Translations under genes and position numbers: made by a program | Notes under the pieces: generated by a model | What the model was told of the DNA's origin: nothing | Databases searched by the model: none | Seen by the model: only the letters and a program-made list of their open reading frames with translations | Origin: Eledone cirrhosa | Taxonomy: Eukaryota | NCBI GenBank assembly: GCA_964016885.1 | Contig: CAXHJY010001436.1 | Location: 1-24,043, forward strand | DNA length: 24,043 nt | Direction: 5' to 3' | Part shown: positions 13,897-24,043 of the stretch, in pieces | How the letters are laid out: every line of letters begins with the position of its first letter | How positions within the stretch are numbered: position 1 is the first letter of the stretch

Positions 13897-14723
13897 GGGT
13901 GCGTATATATATAGGGTGTTTATATATATATATATAGGGTGTATATATATATATAGGGTGTATATATATATATATATAGGGTATGTATATATATATATAT
14001 AGGCTGTGTATATTTATACATATAGGGTGTGTATATATATATATATAGGGTATATATATATATATATATATATAGGGTGTATATATATCTATATATATAG
14101 GGTGTATATATATATATATAGGGTGTGTATATATATATATTTTGGGTGTGTATATATATATAGTGTCTGTATATATATATATATGGTGTATATACATATA
14201 TATTGGGTGTGTATATATATATATAGGGTGTATATATATAGGGTGTGTATATATATATATATAGGGTGTATATATATATAGGGTGTTTATATATATATAT
14301 ATAGGGTGTATATATATATATAGGGTGTATATATATATATATAGGGTGTGTATATATACATATATATAGGGTGTGTATATATATACATATAGGGTGTGTA
14401 TATATATATATAGGGTATATATATATATATATATATATAGGGTGTGTATATATATATATAGGGTGTGTATATATATATAGTGTGTATATATATATATAGG
14501 TTTGTATATATATGTAGTGTGTGTGTATATATATAGGTGTATATATATATATATATAGAGTGTATATATATATATAGGGTGTATATATATATATATATAG
14601 GGTGTGTGTATATATATAGGGTGTATATATATATTGATAGGGTGTATATATATATATATAGGGTGTATATATATATAGAGAGTATATATATATATAGGGT
14701 GTGTATATTTATATATATATAGG

Positions 14724-14808
<85 letters not shown>

Positions 14809-14811
14809 TAT

Positions 14812-14848
<37 letters not shown>

Positions 14849-14865
14849 GTATATATATATATATA
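13003..14865. repeat. Compound satellite (TA)n-GGGTG(TG), middle block
   Basis: Same unit and same strand bias as 1-10353. It continues in register across the LINE. Confidence 0.96.
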
Positions 14866-14982
14866 GTGAAGGCGTATGGCTGAGTGGTTAGAGAATTGCA
14901 TTCGCAATCGTAAGGTTGTGAGTTCGATTCCTGGACCAGGCGATGCGTTATGTCCTTGAGCAAGACACTTTATTTCACGTTG
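14866..14982 (+). mobile_element. 3'-truncated tRNA-derived SINE (pol III head plus start of a CORE-like body)
   Basis: A box TGGCTGAGTGG 14877-14887 and B box GTTCGATTCC 14922-14931, followed by TGTCCTTGAGCAAGACACTT 14951-14970, a motif common just after the tRNA head in CORE-type SINEs. No acceptor stem for a real tRNA. Confidence 0.85.
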
Positions 14983-15086
14983 GTCCTTCTACCTGGAGTT
15001 GCGACCGATAGATAGTATTAGCAATTGGAAAGACCAACGGAAACATTGTTCTCTCGGTCCGTTTTGACGAAAGTCAATCGTTTAAG
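14983..15086. other. Unassigned ~100-bp structured repeat fragment fused to the SINE
   Basis: Complex sequence with GACCGA/TCGGTC pairing, a TTGG-AAAGA-CCAA hairpin and a TTGAC-GAAA-GTCAA hairpin. Ends in a TA run. Confidence 0.4.
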
Positions 15087-15219
15087 ATATATATATATAG
15101 GGTGTATATATATATATACGTTGTATATATATATATTGGGTGTATATATAAATATATATAGGATGTGTATATATATATAGGGTGTATATATATATATAGG
15201 GTGTATATATATATAGAGA

Positions 15220-15250
<31 letters not shown>

Positions 15251-15289
15251 GGGTGTATATATATATATAGGGTGTGTATATATATATAT
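15087..15289. repeat. Compound satellite (TA)n-GGGTG(TG), right block
   Basis: Same unit. Ends in the TA run adjoining the PLE terminus. Confidence 0.93.
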
Positions 15290-16140
15290 ATAAAATATTA
15301 AACAAATAATGAATAAACAATTCCTTATATTAAACAAAAAAAGTTCATTATTTAACGATCGTTTCTAGGATATATATGTGTTAGAGTTGGCATGCATATT
15401 CAACAGATCTATGTACAAAATTATACAAAATTAAACAAACTATCAAGATTAAATATACATACCAACACATATATACGCCGTCTTCAGAAATAATGAAATA
15501 TATTTATTGATAATAACAACAATTCAAACTTTCAGGTCCGTTTGGGAACAAAATTGACCAATGAAAATACAAAAGGTTTAATGCCGTTCGGTGTGTGTAT
15601 ATACATGTAATAACCCTTACACATATTTTACAAAAATGTATGCACAACCTGTATACTCATACAAAAAGGATGGATGCAAATACAAAATTTCAAGGTTAAT
15701 GTCTCTGTAAGTTTATAATGCACAGATAAGATGCGTATAGATACATAAATATGAAATAAATGTATACACATATTTTCATACTAACACATATCCGTACAAT
15801 CACACATACACGCGCGTATATGCATAAACATACACATAAACTACAAACATACAAACACACACACACCACCACTCACATATATATATGTGGATATAAAATC
15901 CTAAGCACATGGATATTAATTCACTCACATAAACACTGGCACACACATTTAGATAAAGATACAGAAATTAGGTGGGAGGGGGGGGGAGAGGTCAGTATTC
16001 AACAGTTTGGGCTGCCTGCTTAATATAGATGTATCTATAAACTAAGAAAATAAAAAATAATAATAAATAATAAATAAACATTAAAAAGGAAAGAAAAGAA
16101 AAAGAAAAAAGAAAAAAGAAAAAAGAAATATATCAAGAAA

Positions 16141-16180
<40 letters not shown>

Positions 16181-16380
16181 CTATATATATATATACATAC
16201 ACATACATATACATACACATACATACACACACACCCACACATATACATATACACATACACATATACAAACACATACATACATATACACACATCCACACTT
16301 AGAACATAACATACACACACATATATAAACATATACATATACACACATAGATACAAATACACACATACATATAAATACAC

Positions 16381-16443
<63 letters not shown>

Positions 16444-16732
16444 CACTCATACATAGGCATATAATCACACATACTATATAGACACACATATATATACACA
16501 CATACATACACATATACCTACACTTACATACATATATACACATACAGATATACACATACATACCTATATATACACACAAATACATACAGACATATATACA
16601 TACATACAGACAAATACTTACGCATCTATATATCGGTATATACATACAAACACCACTACACTCTCACACAACTCAGACATACAAAGAAAAAGGTATATAC
16701 CCATACACATATACATATACAAATAGAGAAAC

Positions 16733-16771
<39 letters not shown>

Positions 16772-17027
16772 TATACATATACATATATATATATATACAT
16801 ACACATACATATACACATACACACATACACATACAAACACATACATACACGTACACACACATAGATATATATACACACACACATACACACATACACATAC
16901 ATATATAATCATACACACACATACACCTACACGAACATACACATACACATATACAAAGATATATATACACACACACACACACATACACACACACACATAT
17001 ATATAAAAAAATAAAAAAATAAAGATA

Positions 17028-17103
<76 letters not shown>

Positions 17104-17125
17104 CACATACATACACACATACATA
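15290..17125 (-). repeat. 3' pseudo-LTR copy (direct repeat of 22188-24026)
   Basis: Starts ATAAAATATTAAACAAATAATG in both copies. About 5 substitutions counted by eye in the first ~850 bp. Other differences are mainly TA/CA run length. Confidence 0.93.
15344..15497 (-). ncRNA. Type I hammerhead ribozyme motif with extended stem II (3' pLTR)
   Basis: Minus strand: TTCATTATTT-CTGAAGA-[115 nt hairpin]-GAAAC-GATC-GTT-AAATAATGAA. Perfect 10-bp stem I, palindromic stem III AACGATCGTT, GUU cleavage triplet. Confidence 0.8.
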
Positions 17126-17709
17126 GACATATACGTACATACATACATATACATAGATACATATACATACATACATACATATATATATACACACATAGAC
17201 ATATACATACATACACACACAACATACATACACACATATATACTCATACATAGAATTAGATATATAAACATACATACATACGCACTTACATATACTCATA
17301 TATACCAATACAAATGCATCCATATATGCGTATATACATAGAAACACCACTACACCCTCACCCAATTCAGATATACAAAGAAAAAGGCATATACATATAC
17401 ATATAAACACACATCAATAGAGATATATATACACATATATATATATATATATATATGTGTGTACACACATACACTTATATACATATACCCACACACACAT
17501 ACAACCATAAATACACATACAAACACCCACATATATAAATATATACACATATATATATATATACACACACATAAAAGACAGACATGCACACATATATATT
17601 TTTTTACACATATATATACACATATATATACATATACACACCCTCACATATACACATACACATAAGTTATATTATAATAATAAATAATATATATATATAT
17701 ACACATACA

Positions 17710-17741
<32 letters not shown>

Positions 17742-18320
17742 CATATATATATATATACACACACACACATATGAATATAGACATATAAACACACATAGAT
17801 ATATATACATACATATATACACATACATATACACATACACACATATACACATTCACATATACATGTGTGTGCATACACACATATATATACATACACACAT
17901 ATACACATAAACACATATATGTGTATACATGCACACACACACATATATCCACATAGATACGAAGATATACATATAAATAGAGAGACATACATATATATAC
18001 ACACACACACACATATACATACATACATACACACACATATATATATATATACATATACACATATATATATATACATATATACACATATATATATATACAT
18101 ATATATACACATACAGACATACTCATACACATACATATACACGCATGCATATATACACACATATACACATACATACACACATATATATATATACGCACAA
18201 TCATACATTCTTATTTGCATGCGCATATATGTATTTTTATATTCAGATATAAATACCCAAATATATATACACCTACCTATATATATATTCATACATACAC
18301 GCTTACAAACACAGATGATA
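16070..18320. repeat. Degenerate (TA)/(CA)/(TACA) microsatellite mosaic within the PLE 3' UTR
   Basis: Alternating pyrimidine-purine low-complexity sequence with no GGGTG units, so distinct from the host satellite. Confidence 0.85.
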
Positions 18321-19239
18321 ATAGTATGGGGGAAAGGGGGGGGGGAGAAGGGGATTATAGTAAATATATGTTTCAAGGAACATAGAATATTCTCTGTATC
18401 TAGATCCAATGTATGTTTATACATAGTATCAGTGTTAGGAAATACAATAAACAAGGAATAAGGCAAAATTTATGCAATTCAAAATAAATAAGTATACCAT
18501 TAATTATATGTTAACTAAACTAAAGATAGTTAACATATTGATTTCTAAGGTGTAAATTAGTTAGGTTTATAATATTTGAAGCAGAATTTTGAAGTTAAAT
18601 AGTAGTAGAGTATTAATTATAGTATAACTAAATTAAAGTTAATAACTTTATGGTATCAATATTAGGAAATGAATTTAGTAATAGGGAAAAAACAAATAAA
18701 GTATTACATCGGTAGTAGAATATAAAATATAGGTTAATTAAATTAAAAATTATATATTTATTTCTATAGTATATGTTAATTAGGTATATAATAAATAAAA
18801 CAGATATTGTACTTTATCAATAGCAGAATATAATTATATGCAAATAGAGATCAAAATTAATACATATACATATACATATACATACACATATATATATATA
18901 CACATATATATACATATATATATACATATATACACACATACATACGCACACACATACACATACACATATACATATACATATTTTTTCAAAAATTGCAAAG
19001 AATATATTAACTAGGTATAAATCCAAAACACATCCCATTCTATGATTAGATGACATTCTGCAATTCGTCTGTATAAGGATATTAATTTTAAGCCCATTAA
19101 ATTAAATTTTTAGGTTGATTAAAATTAAAACCAAATTATAAATATATTTCTAAAATGTATATTAATTAGGTCTATATTACTAAAAATTATTTCTCTGTCA
19201 TTGGATACACTATATTTTGTTATATTTTATCTGTAAAAG

Positions 19240-19245
<6 letters not shown>

Positions 19246-19281
<36 letters not shown>
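19246..19281 (+). repeat. Poly(A)36 tract (poly-T on the PLE sense strand)
   Basis: 36 consecutive A. Confidence 0.9.
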
Positions 19282-19283
<2 letters not shown>

Positions 19284-19476
19284 ATAATAAAAGGTTTAAA
19301 TAAATTAAAATTAATCTATAAATTAAAATACTAAGTATATATTAGTAATATTTAAAGGTTTTTCACAATTTATGATTACATAATATTTTATATTCTCATC
19401 TGTAATAGAATTTTAATTAAATTAAATTTATAGGTTAACTAACATTTAAATTAAATTAATTTCTAAAATAATGTTA

Positions 19477-21900
19477 TTAATTAGGTTTATAATATTTAAA
19501 TGTTTTTTTTAGTTTATGATTACACGATATAATTAATTCCTGTCGTTTATTTAATAGGATATCCTTAGATTTCATTATTTCAAATAGTTCTTGGGAACAT
19601 AATCTACATTCATTTCTATTATTTTGATAAGGGGTGGCTCTTTTGAGCACACTCCAGGTCAAATCATATTCTATATTCTTATTTTTATAACTATTGATTT
19701 TTTCTGCTAGAGATGTTGTATTAGCCAGTGCGGCATTTTTAAAACTATGCTTATGGGTATTAAACCTTGTCTTAAAATTGTTAGAGGTAGCTCCTATATA
19801 TGAGCAAATAGAATCTTTAGTTTTAACATTACATTTATAGACTATGTTGTTAACAAGACAATTCCCTTTTAATGGGCAGTTTGCTTTGTTTCTACAGTTA
19901 CAACCTTTCGTTAATTCTGTATTTGAGGAGATATTATGGTTAATTTGATGTACTGGTGGTATACTTATGGTTTTCTTACATTTATATGCATTATAGGCAC
20001 TTATATTTTGTTTTATGTTATTTGTTGTAGAGTATGAGAATTTAACTGTAGACCTATTTAAGATTTGATGGTATTTGTGGTTTGGCGGGAAGTTTTTCTC
20101 TAGGATATAAAAGAATTTTTTAGCAATATTATCCTTAATTTGTAAATTAAATGGAGCATTATACCAAGTAACCCGTCTATTACGGTTTCTATGTTGTTTA
20201 TTATTTTTATTATTTTTATAGGTTGTATCGTGATTTTTACTAGGAGGATTAATGTTAATGAACTCACCACAACCATTTTTAGTTATATTTGTAGATTTAG
20301 GTGTTTTATCCTTTTTATTAGGAGTTTTATTAATATGATAAGTAGTTTTTTGAGAGTTACTATACTTTATATTAGAAGATTTGGTATTTTGGGGTATAGT
20401 GTGGGTGGCATTTAGGTGTGTACTTTTCATTTGGTGTTTGTTGGTAATATTAGGTTGTATGCTTTCAGTATTTTTAGTAGACGGTATATATTCTAATCTA
20501 TTTTTGTGGCCACTTCTATCTAGAGCTTCGTTATAGAAGGTCGCATTTTTATCAAATACATCTTGGTTAGAAGAAAGGTTAGAAATTCTAAGTGATATAT
20601 TATATGCAAGGTTTTTAAGGATAGATTTAGGGTGATTAGATTGTGAGTGTATGTAATGTAAGTTTTGGTTTGGTTTATGGTAAGGTTGGTAGATACCCGT
20701 AGCTAAATCTAAAGTTATATCTAGGAAATTTACTACTTTACTTGTTTTTTCAAAAGTAATATTAAGATTATAATAGTCTTTAAGGAAAGTTCTAATATGT
20801 TTTTTGTTTTTTTCAATTTCTGAAAGGCTAAGGTTGTTAGAAAGAAGAAGACAGTCATCACGATATAAACCACCTTTGAGGTGGGGAAAGGAGGCATTTA
20901 TGTTGAAAAGGAGAAAGAGGCCCACAAGATCAGTAATTTGGGCGGAATCGCTTGAACCCATAGTAATATCAAAAAGATTACTATATGTGTTTCTGGTCCA
21001 GTATTCATTCTGAAATTCAATAAGTGTTAGTCTAGCATGTGTAATAATATTAATGTCATCCAAAGTTAAGTTAGATCTATTTTTAGCAAATATCAATGCT
21101 TTGTTCAGGAGTATAGGTGATATAGAAGAATAGTAATTATCTATATCAAATTGTAGAAATGAAGCAGAAGATTTACATCTAATATTTTTAAACCAGTTAA
21201 TTACCTGGGAGGTGTTTTCCCAGAGTGGTAAAATAACGTGTTTTCTTATTTGTGGGATGACTCTATCCAAAATTTTTTTGCTAATTATTCCAATATCTGA
21301 TTTGGAGGGACATATAAGTCTAATAGAAGGATTTGAGTTAAAATTTGATTTATGATCCTTCAGGTTGAAGTGTGGTCTTTTCAATGCCAAAGGTTCAGTT
21401 CTATTTTCAATGTTTAGTTTTTTTACTATGTTGTGTGTTTTGTTGTTGATGTTGGTGAGTGACGCATTATTAGATTTTTTATAATTTTTTCTGAGTTCTT
21501 TATATATGAATTCATTATAATGTTCAATATCCATATGATACAAGTTACCAGTTTTGTCCGAGTGGACATGGATTTTTTTAGACTTTTTTAGGTCCAATAG
21601 GGTAGAATCAAGGTCCTTTTGAAAGACGGATTTATACTTTTTAAATTTGAGGTGTTTAATTAAATTAAAAAGGTCTTTCTCGAAGTCTTCAAGTAAAAAG
21701 TTGTGTGGTGGATTCTTGTAAGTGTTGAAATCATACATATATTTCCGATCTGCTTGTTTAGATTTTCTATCGAAGTGGTAGGCTCTCCATCTAACCCTTC
21801 TGATAAAATAATTAGTTTTCTGAATCATAAGGAGTAAGAAGTCATCCTTATAAGGTATTGGTATGTTTTTTAAGGAGGTTCCTAAATATTGTTTTTCCAT
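19477..21900 (-). CDS. Penelope-like retroelement polyprotein: reverse transcriptase + Cys-rich linker + C-terminal GIY-YIG endonuclease
   Basis: Uninterrupted 807 aa from the ATG at 21900 (the track starts at a TTG at 21921). RT motifs FLQFDIDNYYSSI, ITMGSSDSAQITDLVG, GGLYRDD, VNFLDITL, YHKPN, SNHP. Linker CNCRNKANCPLKGNC. Endonuclease IVY...SYIGAT...FKTRF..H. Terminal CRLC...E...LNKR.E...CNH. Confidence 0.95.
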   Translation of the reverse strand: MEKQYLGTSLKNIPIPYKDDFLLLMIQKTNYFIRRVRWRAYHFDRKSKQADRKYMYDFNTYKNPPHNFLLEDFEKDLFNLIKHLKFKKYKSVFQKDLDSTLLDLKKSKKIHVHSDKTGNLYHMDIEHYNEFIYKELRKNYKKSNNASLTNINNKTHNIVKKLNIENRTEPLALKRPHFNLKDHKSNFNSNPSIRLICPSKSDIGIISKKILDRVIPQIRKHVILPLWENTSQVINWFKNIRCKSSASFLQFDIDNYYSSISPILLNKALIFAKNRSNLTLDDINIITHARLTLIEFQNEYWTRNTYSNLFDITMGSSDSAQITDLVGLFLLFNINASFPHLKGGLYRDDCLLLSNNLSLSEIEKNKKHIRTFLKDYYNLNITFEKTSKVVNFLDITLDLATGIYQPYHKPNQNLHYIHSQSNHPKSILKNLAYNISLRISNLSSNQDVFDKNATFYNEALDRSGHKNRLEYIPSTKNTESIQPNITNKHQMKSTHLNATHTIPQNTKSSNIKYSNSQKTTYHINKTPNKKDKTPKSTNITKNGCGEFININPPSKNHDTTYKNNKNNKQHRNRNRRVTWYNAPFNLQIKDNIAKKFFYILEKNFPPNHKYHQILNRSTVKFSYSTTNNIKQNISAYNAYKCKKTISIPPVHQINHNISSNTELTKGCNCRNKANCPLKGNCLVNNIVYKCNVKTKDSICSYIGATSNNFKTRFNTHKHSFKNAALANTTSLAEKINSYKNKNIEYDLTWSVLKRATPYQNNRNECRLCSQELFEIMKSKDILLNKRQELIISCNHKLKKTFKYYKPN

Positions 21901-22187
21901 TGTGATATGGATGATGGACAATTGAAAGAGCTCAACAAAATGTATATGGGTTTATAAAATCATACATATATATGTATATACATAAATATAAAATTAATAC
22001 ACACATACAGTACAAAAATACGAATATTTCCGTGAAAATAGGAGCAAAATTATGTAGATAAATCTACCAAGAGTTTACGGTAGTGTCCAATCCGTATGAA
22101 GAACTCAATGTATTCCGGATATCATGGAAAGAAGAAATGTAATGAAAAATCACTTTCGGTGAAAGATAAACGGTATACAGAGTCAAG

Positions 22188-23043
22188 ATAAAATATTAAA
22201 CAAATAATGAATAAACAATTCCTTATATTAAACAAAAAAAGTTCATTATTTAACGATCGTTTCTAGGATATATATGTGTTAGAGTTGGCATGCATATTCA
22301 ACAGATCTATGTACAAAATTATACAAAATTATACAAACTATCAAGATTAAATATACATACCAACACATATATACGCCGTCTTCAGAAATAATGAAATATA
22401 TTTATTGATAATAACAACAATTCAAACTTTCAGGTCCGTTTGGGAACAAAATTGACCAATGAAAATACAAAAGATTTAATGCCGTTCGGTGTGTGTATAT
22501 ACATGTAATAACCCTTACACATATTTTACAAAAATGTATGCACAACCTGTATACTCATACAAAAAGGATGGATGCAAATACAAAATTTCAAGGTAAATGT
22601 CTCTGTAAGTTTATAATGCACAGATAAGATGCGTATAGATACATAAATATGAAATAAATGTATACACATATTTTCATACTAACACATATCCGTACAATCA
22701 CACATACACGCGCGTATATGCATAAACATACACATAAACAACAAACATACAAACACACACACACCACCACTCACATATATATATGTGGATATAAAATCCT
22801 AAGCACATGGATATTAATTCACTCACATAAACACTGGCACACACATTTAGATAAAGATACAGAAATTAGGTGGGAGGGGGGGGGAGAGGTCAGTATTCAA
22901 CAGTTTGGGCTGCCTGCTTAATATAGATGTATCTATAAACTAAGAAAATAAAAAATAATAATAAATAATAAATAAACATTAAAAAGGAAATAAAAGAAAA
23001 AGAAAAAAGAAAAAAGAAAAAAGAAATATATCAAGAAAATATA

Positions 23044-23074
<31 letters not shown>

Positions 23075-23272
23075 CTATATATATATACATACACATACAT
23101 ATACATACACATACATACACACACACCCACACATATACATATACACATACACATATACAAACACATACATACATATACACACATCCACACTTAGAACATA
23201 ACATACACACACATATATAAACATATACATATACACACATAGATACAAATACACACATACATATAAATACAC

Positions 23273-23327
<55 letters not shown>

Positions 23328-23903
23328 CACTCATACATAGGCATATAATCACACATACTATATAGACACACATATATATACACACATACATACACATATA
23401 CCTACACTTACATACATATATACACATACAGATATACACATACATACCTATATATACACACAAATACATACAGACATATATACATACATACAGACAAATA
23501 CTTACGCATCTATATATCGGTATATACATACAAACACCACTACACTCTCACACAACTCAGACATACAAAGAAAAAGGTATATACCCATACACATATACAT
23601 ATACAAATAGAGAAACATATACATATATATATATATATATATACACATATATATACATATACATATATATATATATACATACACATACATATACACATAC
23701 ACACATACACATACAAACACATACATACACGTACACACACATAGATATATATACACACACATACACACATACACATACATATATAATCATACACACACAT
23801 ACACCTACACGAACATACACATACACATATACAAAGATATATATACACACACACACACACATACACACACACACATATATATAAAAAAATAAAAAAATAA
23901 AGA

Positions 23904-23934
<31 letters not shown>

Positions 23935-23955
23935 TATATATATATTATATATATA

Positions 23956-23994
<39 letters not shown>

Positions 23995-24026
23995 CACATA
24001 CATACACACATACATATATGTGTATA
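22188..24026 (-). repeat. 5' pseudo-LTR copy (direct repeat of 15290-17125)
   Basis: Near-identical to 15290-17125. Similarity stops at about 24026 (TACATAtatgtg versus TACATAgacata). Confidence 0.92.
22242..22395 (-). ncRNA. Type I hammerhead ribozyme motif with extended stem II (5' pLTR)
   Basis: Identical to 15344-15497 except one substitution (15434 A versus 22332 T) in the apical loop region. Confidence 0.8.
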
Positions 24027-24043
24027 TACACACACACACAAAC

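Larger units (their letters stand above)
15290..24026 (-). mobile_element. Penelope-like element (PLE), full unit plus upstream pseudo-LTR (partial tandem)
   Basis: Single RT + GIY-YIG ORF, direct repeats 15290-17125 and 22188-24026 (offset 6898 at the left ends), a hammerhead motif in each repeat, and a 3' end abutting (TA)n. The right boundary is uncertain because it is 17 bp from the window edge. Confidence 0.9.

Noticed and set aside
14871-14940. Possible tRNA gene
   Set aside because: A and B boxes are present, but there is no acceptor stem and it runs into a SINE body motif. Called as a SINE head.
18328-18353. G-quadruplex candidates (also 15971-15990, 22869-22889, 10628-10640)
   Set aside because: Simple G runs on the antisense strand of the elements. 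There is no evidence of function beyond composition.
15760-19056. Y/I/C/V/M- and H/T-rich ORFs (also 22588-23874)
   Set aside because: Translations of TA/CA microsatellite mosaic in the PLE UTR and pLTRs.
20191-21013. Plus-strand ORFs 20191-20415 and 20804-21013
   Set aside because: Antisense shadows of the PLE ORF.
15290-24026. LTR retrotransposon interpretation of the long direct repeats
   Set aside because: No gag, protease, RNase H or integrase, no TG...CA termini or primer-binding site seen. The RT + GIY-YIG ORF and hammerheads indicate PLE pseudo-LTRs.

Overview
Eukaryotic, gene-free, repeat-dominated DNA, most likely from an animal. The SINE and RTE-LINE tails resemble cephalopod (Octopus-type) repeats, which is an inference. 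About 13 kb is a strand-biased (TA)n-GGGTG(TG) satellite with higher-order duplications and fold-back inversions. Four retroelement-derived pieces are inserted into its TA runs. (1) A 226-bp insert at 4415-4640 holds a perfect 66-bp inverted repeat, each arm carrying a type I hammerhead ribozyme motif. (2) A 5'-truncated RTE-clade LINE at 10354-13002 (minus strand) has an intact RT frame, an (ATG)n tail, a 7-bp TSD and a C4HC3 PHD-type finger inserted inside the RT domain. (3) A truncated tRNA-derived SINE is fused to a ~100-bp structured fragment at 14866-15086. (4) An apparently intact Penelope-like element at 15290-24026 (minus strand; RT plus C-terminal GIY-YIG, probably Hydra clade) has ~1.84-kb pseudo-LTRs 6898 bp apart. 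Each pseudo-LTR contains a hammerhead motif with a palindromic stem III and an unusually long 115-nt stem II. Almost all short ORFs in the track are microsatellite artefacts.
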